Shown: positions 31,319 through 40,326 of the stretch, piece by piece
How positions within the stretch are numbered: the first letter of the stretch is position 1
Layout of the letters: the number at the start of each line of letters is the position of its first letter
NCBI GenBank assembly: GCA_021647505.1
Contig: JAKIUN010000001.1
Location: 17,828-81,827 of the forward strand
Reading direction: 5' to 3'
Source of the DNA: Gammaproteobacteria bacterium
GTDB taxonomy: Bacteria > Pseudomonadota > Gammaproteobacteria > SZUA-152
Length of the DNA stretch: 64,000 nt
Made by a program: the position numbers and the translations under genes
The notes under the pieces: generated by a model
The model's database searches: none
What the model saw: the letters and a program-made list of their open reading frames with translations, nothing else
What the model was told of the DNA's origin: nothing

Positions 31319-31981
31319 CTACAATGAACTCCAGCTAGATTTCTTGCGTGGCCGCAGGCTGGGAGCGATTAGGCCGAGGATGATGCCGAGGATGATGACC
31401 CCGGCGCCAGTGAGAAACCACTCGCGCTCGGCGCTGTCGCGCAGCATCTGGTTTTCCTGCTGCACCAGTTCGTGTTCGTTTTCCAGATCCAGCAGTTCTT
31501 TCTTCAGCCGGGTGTTTTCATTTTTCAGTTGCAGGGGTTTGGCGGCGACACTGCGCAGCCGGTCGAGTTCTTCGTTGAGTTTTTCATCTTCCTTTTTCAG
31601 CTTGGCGTACTGCTCGCTGATGCCGCCCGCTTTACTGCTGGTGGCCGCCAGCTCTTCCTTTAGCCGGATACTTTCCGCTTCCAGCCCGGCAAGTTTTTTC
31701 TCTGTCGCCGCCAGGCGGTGTTTGGCAATGGGGGTCGAGATCATGTACTGGTTCAGCACCCAGCCCTCGGTGCCGTCTGTGAGGCGCACCCGGCTGTATT
31801 TTTCGCCTGTTTCCAAGACCTCCATTTTTGTGCCACTGGGCAGGGTGCGGAGTATCTGGTGCTGGTTGGACTGTCCTGAGCGCAGGGTGATGACGATCTG
31901 ATCGACGACATATTTTATTTCTGCAAAGACGCTGCCGCCCAACAGTAACAGGCAGAGGGCAAAGAGCAATTTTCTTGTCAT
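31319..31981 (-). CDS. SH3-domain protein with coiled-coil and C-terminal TM anchor (TIGR04211/YgiM-like)
   Basis: Start MTRKLLFALCLLLLGGSVFA at ATG 31981; SH3b-like N-terminus; long coiled-coil; C-terminal TM. Confidence 0.6.
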   Translation of the reverse strand: MTRKLLFALCLLLLGGSVFAEIKYVVDQIVITLRSGQSNQHQILRTLPSGTKMEVLETGEKYSRVRLTDGTEGWVLNQYMISTPIAKHRLAATEKKLAGLEAESIRLKEELAATSSKAGGISEQYAKLKKEDEKLNEELDRLRSVAAKPLQLKNENTRLKKELLDLENEHELVQQENQMLRDSAEREWFLTGAGVIILGIILGLIAPSLRPRKKSSWSSL

Positions 31982-32358
31982 GGTTTGGGATACCAACTTA
32001 CTTGCGTATATTTAAGGTTGCTGACACCGGTGTGGGCCGGCGTCATCATGATGGCGTTTGTGGCCTTGCTTGCATATTGGGTTGCGATTCGCGATGTTTG
32101 ATGCTACTAGAGAATGCAGGAGGCTGCGACGATAATACTCTATCGTCATGACGGACTCAAAAGTCCGGCCGGTGAAAAATCAGGCATAGTCCAAAATGAC
32201 TACCGGGTGTTACAGCTTTTCAGGCAGAATTGACCTGATTGGCAGGCTTGATGTACTTTTGCGTTTGGTCGGCAGGGGGCGCGGCGTTTCTGACGGCCGA
32301 GGTCGGGTCGGTGTCGCGGTAACGGAAAATTCCAACTCATAGTGAAGGGTATTGTTCC

Positions 32359-33027
32359 ATGACAAAAAGAAGCGGAAGAGGAATCGTTGTACTGCTCATT
32401 GTCTTGATGATGGGCGCGGGGGGAGTTTACGCGGCGGAGAAGAACATCGCCGGTAGTATGCGCGATGACGAAGGAGACCCCAAGGCCGGAAAGGAAAAGG
32501 CTGAGATGTGTGGCGGCTGCCACGGTGCCGATGGCATGAGCGTCGACCCTGCCTTCCCGCATATGGCAGGCCAGTATGCGGCTTACACGTATAAACAGGT
32601 GCGGGATTTCCAGCTGGGTAACCGCACCGCTGACGATACCATGGTCGCCATGGCCGGGATGGTGGCCGAGGGTCAGGATCTGAAGGATATCGCTGCTTAT
32701 TACGCCAGCCTGAAAATGATGAAGGGGACGCCGGGTGATGCCAAGCTGGCCAAAAAAGGCGAAAAGCTACACCTCAGTGGCAACAAGAAGCTGGGTGATT
32801 TTGCCGCCTGTATTCGTTGCCATGGCGAGAAGGGCAAGGGCCTGGACAAGAAAAATGCACTGTTCCCCGTGATTGGTGGGCAGACCAAGGACTACCTGGT
32901 CAAGCAGCTCCGTGACTTCAAGTCCGGCATCCGTGCCAATGACCCGGCTGGTATGATGGCTGTGGTGGCACAGGGTATGACAGATGAGGAAATTATCGCG
33001 GTATCGGAGTATCTGTCCGGCCTCTGA
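32359..33027 (+). CDS. Dihaem cytochrome c4
   Basis: Signal peptide; two CxxCH (CGGCHG, CIRCHG) each with downstream Met ligand region. Confidence 0.8.
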   Translation: MTKRSGRGIVVLLIVLMMGAGGVYAAEKNIAGSMRDDEGDPKAGKEKAEMCGGCHGADGMSVDPAFPHMAGQYAAYTYKQVRDFQLGNRTADDTMVAMAGMVAEGQDLKDIAAYYASLKMMKGTPGDAKLAKKGEKLHLSGNKKLGDFAACIRCHGEKGKGLDKKNALFPVIGGQTKDYLVKQLRDFKSGIRANDPAGMMAVVAQGMTDEEIIAVSEYLSGL

Positions 33028-33053
33028 GGCAAGCGGTAGTGACGAGTACTGAA

Positions 33054-33084
33054 CGCGCCCCGGTTATCCGGGGCGCGTTTTTTT
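33054..33084 (+). terminator. Rho-independent terminator after cytochrome c4
   Basis: gcgccccggttatccggggcgcgtttttttg. Confidence 0.75.
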
Positions 33085-33219
33085 GTGGCGGGTATTTTTA
33101 GCCTAAAAAGATTCAAAAACCTTTTATCGGGTTCTTAGTGCTACCGTGCGCACAGCGCACGCTACGGGCAGGTTGTAGTGTGCGCCATGCGCACAAGATG
33201 GACTGTTGCGGACGTGCAT

Positions 33220-34263
33220 TCAGCGCGGAAAGGCGACGAGGTGGTGGACGTCTGCGCGGATGGCAACCTGTTCGCCGATGGCGTGATCCAGGTGGCTAGG
33301 GAGCAGGGACAGCAGCTGGGTGCCGGTAGGCAGCTCCAAGGTATAGAGTGTCTCGGCTCCCTTGAAGGCCTTTTGTACGATGCGGGCCAACTGCTGGCCA
33401 CCGGGGTCGGGGACGATGTCATCGGGGCGCAGCAGCAGCTCCACGGGCGCGCCCGGCGGGCAGTCGTAGGCGCGATCGCCCTGTAGTACGCCGAGCTCGG
33501 TTTTCACGGTGTCGCGGTTCAGCATGGTGCCAGGGATAAACACGCCCTGGCCGATGAAGTCGGCGACGAAGCGATCTTGGGGTTCGTGGTAGAGATTGAA
33601 GGGAGTGTCCCACTGCAGGATGCGGCCCTGCGACATGACGCCGACCTGATCGCCGAGGGCGAAGGCCTCGTCCTGATGGTGAGTGACGAGAATGCCGGTG
33701 ATCCCCGCATTTTTGAGGATGTCGCGAACTTCCAGGCTGAGGCGTTCACGGGTGTCCACATCGAGATTGGAAAAGGGTTCGTCCATGAGGATGGCGCGCG
33801 GTTGACCGGCGAGGGCGCGGGCCAGGGCCACACGCTGTTGCTGGCCGCCGGACAGCTCGTGGGGATAACGTGCGACAAGATCCGACAGGCCAACCAGTTT
33901 GAGCATGCGGCTGATGGTTTCGCGCCGTTGGTGGCTCGACTGTTGGCGCAAGGCGAAGCCGACGTTGTCGCCGACGGTCATGTGTGGAAACAGGGCGTAG
34001 TCCTGAAAGACCATGCCCAGGCGGCGCTTTTCCGGGGCCAGGGTGAAGCCCGGGCGTGACAGGCTGACATCACCCATACGGATCTCGCCCTGGCTGATGG
34101 GTTCGAAGCCGGCGATGGCGCGTAGCGCCGTGGTCTTGCCGCAGCCGCTGGGGCCGAGCAGGCAGACCAGGCTGCCTTCGTTGACATGCAGGGACAGGCC
34201 GCTGACCACGATCTGTTCGCGGTAGCGGCACTCGATATTCTTGATTTGCAGTAAGGGTTGCAT
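33220..34263 (-). CDS. ABC transporter ATP-binding protein with C-terminal TOBE domain (Fe3+/polyamine/sulfate importer ATPase type), no cognate permease/SBP in window
   Basis: GPSGCGKTT, LSGGQQQRVALARA, ILMDEPFSNLD; downstream of argF on the same strand. Confidence 0.8.
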   Translation of the reverse strand: MQPLLQIKNIECRYREQIVVSGLSLHVNEGSLVCLLGPSGCGKTTALRAIAGFEPISQGEIRMGDVSLSRPGFTLAPEKRRLGMVFQDYALFPHMTVGDNVGFALRQQSSHQRRETISRMLKLVGLSDLVARYPHELSGGQQQRVALARALAGQPRAILMDEPFSNLDVDTRERLSLEVRDILKNAGITGILVTHHQDEAFALGDQVGVMSQGRILQWDTPFNLYHEPQDRFVADFIGQGVFIPGTMLNRDTVKTELGVLQGDRAYDCPPGAPVELLLRPDDIVPDPGGQQLARIVQKAFKGAETLYTLELPTGTQLLSLLPSHLDHAIGEQVAIRADVHHLVAFPR

Positions 34264-34308
34264 CGAGCGAATGATAACAGAGGCACGCTTGCCTGAGTCG
34301 GCTGCTCG

Positions 34309-35211
34309 TCAGCTGAGGAGGAATTCCAGCAGGGCCTTTTGTGAGTGCAGGCGGTTCTCGGCCTCGTCCCATACCACGCTCTGCGGGCCGTCGATGACCA
34401 CGGCCGACACTTCTTCGCCGCGATGGGCGGGCAGACAGTGCATGAACAGGGCGTCGGGCGCGGCCTGGGTCATCAGTTCGGCATCGACCTGATAGTCGGC
34501 GAAGGCCTTCTCACGCGCCGCCTGTTCCTCTTCCTGGCCCATACTTGACCAGACATCGGTGACCACCAGATCGGCACCGGCCACGGCCACGGCGGGGGTG
34601 GCGCAGAGGTGGGCGTGGTCTTCGCTGATCGCCAGTATCGCTGCGTCCGGCAGATAGCCCTCGGGGACGGCGATGCGCAGCTGGAAGTCGAACAGGCGCG
34701 CTGCGTTGATGTACGAATGGCACATGTTGTTACCGTCACCGATCCAGGCTGCGGTCTTGCCGGTCATGTCGCCGCGATGCTCGACCCAGGTCTGCATGTC
34801 GGCCAGTAGTTGGCAGGGATGGAACCGGTCGGTGAGGGCATTGATTACCGGCACACCGGAAAACTCGGCGAAGCGTTCGATCTTTTCGTGCTCGAAGGTG
34901 CGGATCATGATGGCATCCAGCATGCGGGACATGACGCGCGCCGAGTCCTCGATGGGTTCGCCGCGCCCCAGCTGGGTATCTCGTGGTGAGAGGAAGATGG
35001 CGTGGCCACCGAACTGTGCCATGCCGGCCTCGAAGGAGACGCGAGTGCGGGTAGAGGATTTCTCGAACACCATGCCCAACACCTTGTTCTTCAGCGGCTG
35101 ATAGATCTCGCCTCTGTGCTGCATTCGCTTGAGTTCGATGGCGCGCTGGATGAGGGCGCGCAGCTCGTCGCGGCTCAGGTCATTGAGGGTGAGGAAGTGT
35201 CGTACGGCCAC
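34309..35211 (-). CDS. argF: Ornithine carbamoyltransferase
   Basis: STRTR motif ([13 protein letters not shown]), HCLP ([11 protein letters not shown]). Confidence 0.9.
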   Translation of the reverse strand: MAVRHFLTLNDLSRDELRALIQRAIELKRMQHRGEIYQPLKNKVLGMVFEKSSTRTRVSFEAGMAQFGGHAIFLSPRDTQLGRGEPIEDSARVMSRMLDAIMIRTFEHEKIERFAEFSGVPVINALTDRFHPCQLLADMQTWVEHRGDMTGKTAAWIGDGNNMCHSYINAARLFDFQLRIAVPEGYLPDAAILAISEDHAHLCATPAVAVAGADLVVTDVWSSMGQEEEQAAREKAFADYQVDAELMTQAAPDALFMHCLPAHRGEEVSAVVIDGPQSVVWDEAENRLHSQKALLEFLLS

Positions 35212-35244
35212 GGTGGTGATCTCGGCAGGGTCGGGTGGAAACGT

Positions 35245-36414
35245 TCAGGCGAGGAAGCGGCGAATCAGGGCGGACAGGGTGTCCACCAGCAGCGTGGCTT
35301 CGTCGTCGCTCAGGATCAACGGCGGCAGCAGCCGCACCACCTGGCTGGCGATCACGTTGATCAACAGGCCTTCGTTCAGCGCCTGTTGCACCAGTTCGGC
35401 ACAGGGCCGATCCAGCTCGATGGCCAGCAGCAGGCCCTGGCCACGGATTTCGCGGATGCCTGCGACGCCGTCAAGGGCGGCGCGTAAGTCATCCAGCAGT
35501 TGCTCACCCAGGGCCTTGGCGCGCGCGGCAAGCTTATGTTCGTCCATGGTGTCGATGACTGCCAGCGCGGCGGCGCATACCAGTGGATTACCGCCGAAGG
35601 TGGAGCCGTGGTTGCCGGGCTGGAACAGTTCGGCGGCCTTGCCCTGTGCCAGGCAGGCGCCGATGGGTACGCCGTTGCCCAGCGCCTTGGCGCAGGTGAG
35701 CACATCGGGCCGCGCGCCGCTGTGCTGCCAGGCGAACCATTCACCGCTGCGGCACAGGCCGGTCTGGATCTCGTCCAGCATCATCAGCCAGCCGTTGTCG
35801 TCGCATAGCCGGCGGATGCCGGGCAGATAGTCGCCGCTGGGGATGCGAATGCCGTTTTCACCTTGTACCGGTTCCACCAGTACGGCGACGATGTCCTTAT
35901 TTTTGCTGAGTGCAGCGATGGCCTCAAGGTCGCCGTAGGGCACACGCAGAAAGCCGCTTACCAGCGGCTCGAAACCGGCCTGCACCTTGCGGTTGCCGGT
36001 AGCGCTCAGGGTGGCCAGGGTGCGGCCGTGGAAGCTGCCCTCCATGACCACGATAGCGGGGCGTTCGATGCCAAGGCCATGGCCGTGCAGGCGCGCCAGC
36101 TTGATAGCGGCCTCGTTGGCCTCAGCGCCGGAGTTGCCGAAGAACACTCGATCCATGCCGGCCACGGCGGTGAGCCGGTCGCCCAGGGCCTGCTGGCGCT
36201 GGATACCGTACAGATTGGAGGTGTGCACCAGTTGGCCGGCCTGTTCGCAGAGGGCGTGGGTGACGGCCGGGTGGGCATGGCCCAGACTACAGACGGCGAT
36301 ACCGCTGATGGCATCCAGGTAGCGTTTGCCATCCGTGTCCCATAACCAGGCGCCGTCGCCTTTCTCGAAGCTGATAGGGAGCCGTGCGTAGGTGGTCATC
36401 AATGTGTGAGTCAT
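35245..36414 (-). CDS. argD: Acetylornithine aminotransferase
   Basis: Start MTHTLMTTYARLPISFEKGDGAWLWD at ATG 36414; class-III PLP aminotransferase motifs. Confidence 0.85.
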   Translation of the reverse strand: MTHTLMTTYARLPISFEKGDGAWLWDTDGKRYLDAISGIAVCSLGHAHPAVTHALCEQAGQLVHTSNLYGIQRQQALGDRLTAVAGMDRVFFGNSGAEANEAAIKLARLHGHGLGIERPAIVVMEGSFHGRTLATLSATGNRKVQAGFEPLVSGFLRVPYGDLEAIAALSKNKDIVAVLVEPVQGENGIRIPSGDYLPGIRRLCDDNGWLMMLDEIQTGLCRSGEWFAWQHSGARPDVLTCAKALGNGVPIGACLAQGKAAELFQPGNHGSTFGGNPLVCAAALAVIDTMDEHKLAARAKALGEQLLDDLRAALDGVAGIREIRGQGLLLAIELDRPCAELVQQALNEGLLINVIASQVVRLLPPLILSDDEATLLVDTLSALIRRFLA

Positions 36415-36689
36415 GCTTTGATTTATCGTTGTCGACAGACAGGTTGTTAAAAAAGCCAAAAAACAAAAAGAAAAAGGCAGTCCCGATAGAGACTGCCGCC
36501 TTGTAGATCGGCTGATTCTATCGACTTATTAATTCCGAGGCAATAGCGGGCCTTTAGGTACTTTTTGAAGGATTATAGGTGTTGCGGGGTGCTTTCGGCG
36601 TCGCTGGGGTTGTCGTTGCCGAGTAGAATTTTGACCAGGTTTCAGCGCGATCGCCCGTGAGTTGATGCAAATGCAACCCAGGCAGATCC

Positions 36690-36790
36690 ATAATAATAGG
36701 GACAGAGAGAGAGGGGCACCAGCTACCCTGGGTACTTCCGTTATTCCAGCACCTACTCAACGGCCTTCCCCTTCTGTCCCCAATTATTCG
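36690..36790 (+). repeat. Repeat family B, copy 1 (shortened)
   Basis: taatagggacagagagagaggggcaccagctaccctgggtacttccgttattccagcacctactcaacggccttccccttctgtcc aligns with copies at 40176-40326 and 40896-41056. Confidence 0.8.
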
Positions 36791-36794
36791 CAAA

Positions 36795-37118
36795 TCAGCC
36801 GCGCCGCTTTTTGGTGTCGACTGAATTTGCCTTGTTAGCTGATTTATCTACAAGCTGACCATCTATGAATTTATGCAGAATGCTGGAAACAAGTGTTTGA
36901 TACGGCATACCTTCCATTAAGGCCTTTGCTTGCAGTGATCGAAGATCACGAGAAGACAAACGAATATTAATACGCGCATCTTTTTTGAATGTTGCCTTAG
37001 CAGCTTCCATATGCTGTTTAATCTGTCGTTTTGAATTTTTAGACTTCTTCATTTTTCCCGCTTCAAAAGCCTCTAGAATTTCTTCTTCTTCAGTGTCTAA
37101 TTTACTCATTTGCATCAC
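36795..37118 (-). CDS. brnA: BrnA-family antitoxin (ribbon-helix-helix)
   Basis: 107 aa; ..ARINIRLSSRDLRSLQAKALMEGMPYQTLVSSILHKFIDG.. matches the recalled BrnA C-terminal block; overlaps brnT by 17 nt, downstream of toxin as in brnTA operons. Confidence 0.75.
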   Translation of the reverse strand: MMQMSKLDTEEEEILEAFEAGKMKKSKNSKRQIKQHMEAAKATFKKDARINIRLSSRDLRSLQAKALMEGMPYQTLVSSILHKFIDGQLVDKSANKANSVDTKKRRG

Positions 37119-37383
37119 CTATGTACTGCTTAGTTGCTTTGCGACTTGGGATAATTGTTTTGAGAAATATTTCATCCTTTTCTTCAATATAGGGAACTAA
37201 ATATGCGTAATCTTCTATCACTACAACTGATATCTTTTGATTTGGGTAAAGCACCTTATTCGGGTGATCGTAGATATCAACTTCATTACCTAGTTGTATA
37301 TTAAGGACTATTTTTTCAAATGAGACATTCCTTTCTCTCTTGAGTGTTTCATTTTTCTCGGGGTTCCAAGCATATATTTTCAT
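37102..37383 (-). CDS. brnT: BrnT-family (DUF497) ribonuclease toxin
   Basis: 93 aa; W-NPEKNETLKRERNVSFEKI.. and ..IIPSRKATKQ recalled BrnT hallmarks. Confidence 0.75.
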   Translation of the reverse strand: MKIYAWNPEKNETLKRERNVSFEKIVLNIQLGNEVDIYDHPNKVLYPNQKISVVVIEDYAYLVPYIEEKDEIFLKTIIPSRKATKQYIGDANE

Positions 37384-37448
37384 TTACAGACCATAGCTTA
37401 AAGTGTGCATTTTGTCATCAAAAAGCTAACATATCACTCAAGTTTTGG

Positions 37449-37600
37449 AGGGACAATAGGGGGTAGGCCGGAATGGCACTTCCTTAAGGGCGTATTTCCA
37501 ATAAAAACAATGCCCTATGCCTGTCTCTACGTTAATGCTGATGGTTAGGGAAAGGCCCTTTCAACTGTATGTATAGCACTTTCAAGGTAACTACTCAGCC
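37449..37600 (+). repeat. Repeat family A, copy 1 (left TIR present, right end missing)
   Basis: gggacaataggg + ggtaggccggaatggcacttccttaagg...ttcaactgtatgtatagcactttcaagg; ~80% identical to 39943-40075. Confidence 0.8.
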
Positions 37601-37663
37601 CTCAGCCCCAAATTCAGATAAGCCATTGAATAACCGTCCGATTTTGGTATAAGCTTTGTTGCC

Positions 37664-37933
37664 ATGCAAACACCTCTCGACAAAAAAGCCCTCAGCGTAT
37701 TAGAAAAAAATGACTTGATTGCACTGCTGATGCAGCAAAACGAAATCCTCATGGTGCAGTGCGCTCGTATCGCTGGTCTGGAAAAGGAGATCGAGGAATT
37801 AAAGGGCAAACTGGCCAAGAACAGCCGTAATAGCAGTAAGCCGCCCTCCAGTGACGGTTATGACAAACCCAAGCCAAAAAGCCAGCGCAAGATCAGGGGG
37901 CTTGCGACCAGAACGGCGGTGGCCGGTGAATGA
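37664..37933 (+). pseudogene. IS66-family transposase (TnpC) N-terminal fragment
   Basis: 89 aa; coiled-coil then NSRNSSKPPSSDGYDKPKPKS block recalled from IS66 TnpC; terminates prematurely; no tnpA/tnpB nearby. Confidence 0.7.
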
Positions 37934-38351
37934 CTTTCCGGTCAGAAGCCGGGAGAGAAGGTGCCCTGTGTAGAAAGTCCAACCGCAAAAAAGGGCTGCA
38001 CGGGCGTCCACAGAAATGACAGCGGATACCTTCAGCCTCAGTGGTAGCAACGGATGCCGGGGCTTCTGACCGAGGGGGTAGTGGATCATTGAGGGGTGAT
38101 TCAGGAGAACCCTGATGCGTCACTTTCTTGCGGCGTGATCGGTAATGGTGTTGACGCTCAGCATGCTTGAAACGGCCGTTGCGAGTGTTCTGATAGCGTC
38201 TTCCGGCTGCATTTAGTGATGCTTTACGGGCTAAGTCTGCACAGGATTTACCGCAGTAGATATTGCCCCGGTCGCAGTGGCCGCAGATGATGACTTGGCA
38301 GTGACAACGGGCACAGTTGTAGAGACGGGCAGTGTTCTCCATCGGTGGCAA
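37893..38351 (-). CDS. Hypothetical Cys/His-rich zinc-ribbon-like protein (possibly IS-associated); coding status uncertain
   Basis: 152 aa; NCARCHCQVIICGHCDRGNIYCGKSC then basic R/K-rich stretch; overlaps 3' end of IS66 fragment on the opposite strand. Confidence 0.3.
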   Translation of the reverse strand: MPPMENTARLYNCARCHCQVIICGHCDRGNIYCGKSCADLARKASLNAAGRRYQNTRNGRFKHAERQHHYRSRRKKVTHQGSPESPLNDPLPPRSEAPASVATTEAEGIRCHFCGRPCSPFLRLDFLHRAPSLPASDRKVIHRPPPFWSQAP

Positions 38352-38779
38352 CTGCCGATGAGAACTGGCATGGATGGAAAATGGGGGTCATACTATCCAT
38401 GCTCGTGCTTTTGCACGGTCTTGGGGTGTGGTACCGGGGGACTGTTGAGGTCAAGATCCGGTGCCACACCTGTCTCAACGGCTCTCTCCATTTTCCCGAT
38501 TTCTTTACTTGATGTCACTCGTTGTAGCTGGCTGTTTCTTCTGACTTGCTATCCGCAGCTCTTTTGTCCGGTTACCGCTGTTCGCCAACTATGCTCGGGT
38601 TTTGACCGCCATCTACACCTGCGCTTTTGTTCAATCAGAACGAACAAATACAGGCTAAATATGAGCGCCATACCAGGATGTTATTTCGTGCACGTTCCTA
38701 AGAAAGTGATTCATAGGGTAAGTGCTTGGTCATCAGAAAATAATCTTGTTCTTGGGCAAGTAATGGAGAGCCCTATTCG

Positions 38780-39595
38780 TTAGGCCATTAGGCCTTTTTC
38801 TTCCATGAAATCATCAGGTACATCTGATGTTTTCCATCCTGTTATCGCGAAGTAGTACAGTGGCTCGCCTTCAATTGATAGTCTATGTCGGTAGCGTTCG
38901 ATGTAGTAAATATCAAGATATTTAGAGAAAATTAATTCCCTGATCATTTTTGAAAACCCTGAGTCATCGCTTCTATCAAAGAAGGTATCCTTAATATTAA
39001 AGGCCACCCACGCTTCGCTCTTGATTATATTAAAGGCCTCTAAAAATGCCTTCGTCGGAATATCGCCGAAACCTAGTGCGGCAACCGTTACCATGCAATC
39101 ACATTGCCATGCTGCTATTTCTTCCTTTTTATCCTTGTCTAGGATGGTGAAATCTTCAACATAGTATGCATCATAGACTCCTGGCCTATCGCGAATTGCT
39201 GCATCATAAGCTTCGGGTATTATGTCTACACCTATTAAACGAGAAACTCCATGCTTTTTTAGCTCTTCTCCCATCATGCCATTGCCTGCACCTAAATCTA
39301 ATATACGAAGCTCAGTAAAGTTATTTTGATACTGTTTTACCGCTGATTCGAGAATTGATGCTACTTTACCTGGAGATGTACATTTAAGGCGATCATAAAA
39401 TATTTGTTCATACAGACCTGGTACTTGGTAAATTTCATCGTAGTCGTGGAACCTTATTTTTCTCTTACCACCTGAACCTTGAAGGTAGAAATAGGCTTCG
39501 TCTTGATTGATGCTGGTTAATTCATCTTTCGGAAATTGTATTTGGTGTCTTATCGTCATTACTTTCCCAGTTTTGTTTGGATATATATTGGCCAT
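38780..39595 (-). CDS. Class I SAM-dependent methyltransferase
   Basis: Start MANIYPNKTGKVMTIRHQ at ATG 39595; motif I LDLGAGNGMMGEEL; low-GC. Confidence 0.7.
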   Translation of the reverse strand: MANIYPNKTGKVMTIRHQIQFPKDELTSINQDEAYFYLQGSGGKRKIRFHDYDEIYQVPGLYEQIFYDRLKCTSPGKVASILESAVKQYQNNFTELRILDLGAGNGMMGEELKKHGVSRLIGVDIIPEAYDAAIRDRPGVYDAYYVEDFTILDKDKKEEIAAWQCDCMVTVAALGFGDIPTKAFLEAFNIIKSEAWVAFNIKDTFFDRSDDSGFSKMIRELIFSKYLDIYYIERYRHRLSIEGEPLYYFAITGWKTSDVPDDFMEEKGLMA

Positions 39596-39942
39596 CACGG
39601 TAGGAATGCCGGTCACCCTTCCCCCCCTCCGCTCCCGCACGGATCCTCTTTATTGCCCAATAAGTTTACGCTAATACATTAGTTGCGACTACTTTCCTTG
39701 GATACTCAAATATTAATATTGAGAATCATTCCTGCAAAATCTTGGTGCTTTACTATAGTCTGAAGTCAATTTTATCACCTCTTTGAGCAGCAGAGGGGGT
39801 AGTTCTCGTGCAAATCGATACCACACACAGCAAATAGGGATGTGTGTTACTGTGGAGAACACACATTGGGTTTTCTTCCGTTGTTGGTTTGGTCGCCTTC
39901 CAGTTTAACCAGATAGAGTTAAAATGAGCATAAATTTTAACC

Positions 39943-40175
39943 GAGAGGGCAGGCCAGAATGGCACTTCCTCAGGGGTATATTTATAATAAGAACAATGTC
40001 TTATGCTTGAGTCTGAGTTAATGCTGCTGGCAAGGAAAAAGCCATTTCAACTGTATTTATAGCGTTTTCAAGATCAGTGATAGCAGCAGAAGATAAGAGT
40101 CTTAGCGCAAAATAAATGCAGACAGACTTGATTTATAAAGAAAATATCCTTAAGGAAGTGCCATTCGGGGCAGGC
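39943..40175. mobile_element. Repeat family A, copy 2: complete MITE-like unit with ~25-bp terminal inverted repeats (ggccagaatggcacttcctcagggg / ccccgaatggcacttccttaagg)
   Basis: Left TIR 39958-39985; right TIR inverted at 40148-40172; internal sequence ~80% identical to copy 1. Confidence 0.65.
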
Positions 40176-40326
40176 CGCGACAATAGGGTAGAGGGTAGAG
40201 TAGAGAGCAGGCGCCGGCTACCCCGGGAGTCTGTAGATGCTACTTCCGTTATTCCAGTGCCTACTCAACGGCCTTCCCCTTCTGTCCTCAGGGTCAGCTC
40301 CGCCAATTCGTTTACGAGGCTACATT
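40176..40326 (+). repeat. Repeat family B, copy 2 (full length), ending exactly at the SET-gene start codon
   Basis: cgacaatagggtagagggtagagtagagagcaggcgccggctacc...cttccgttattccagtgcctactcaacggccttccccttctgtcctcagggtcagctccgccaattcgtttacgaggctacatt|ATG. Confidence 0.85.

Noticed and set aside
32200-32562. 120-aa minus-strand ORF upstream of or overlapping the cytochrome c4 start
   Set aside because: It overlaps the cytochrome c4 signal-peptide region in antisense and has no start context. Probably spurious.
36554-36793. 79-aa minus-strand ORF at the left edge of the island, checked as the possible missing C-terminus of the truncated DJ-1 gene
   Set aside because: Its translation (..DLPGLHLHQLTGDRAETWSKFYSATTTPA..) has no DJ-1/PfpI character, and part of it is repeat B1 read in reverse. 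The DJ-1 remainder appears deleted.
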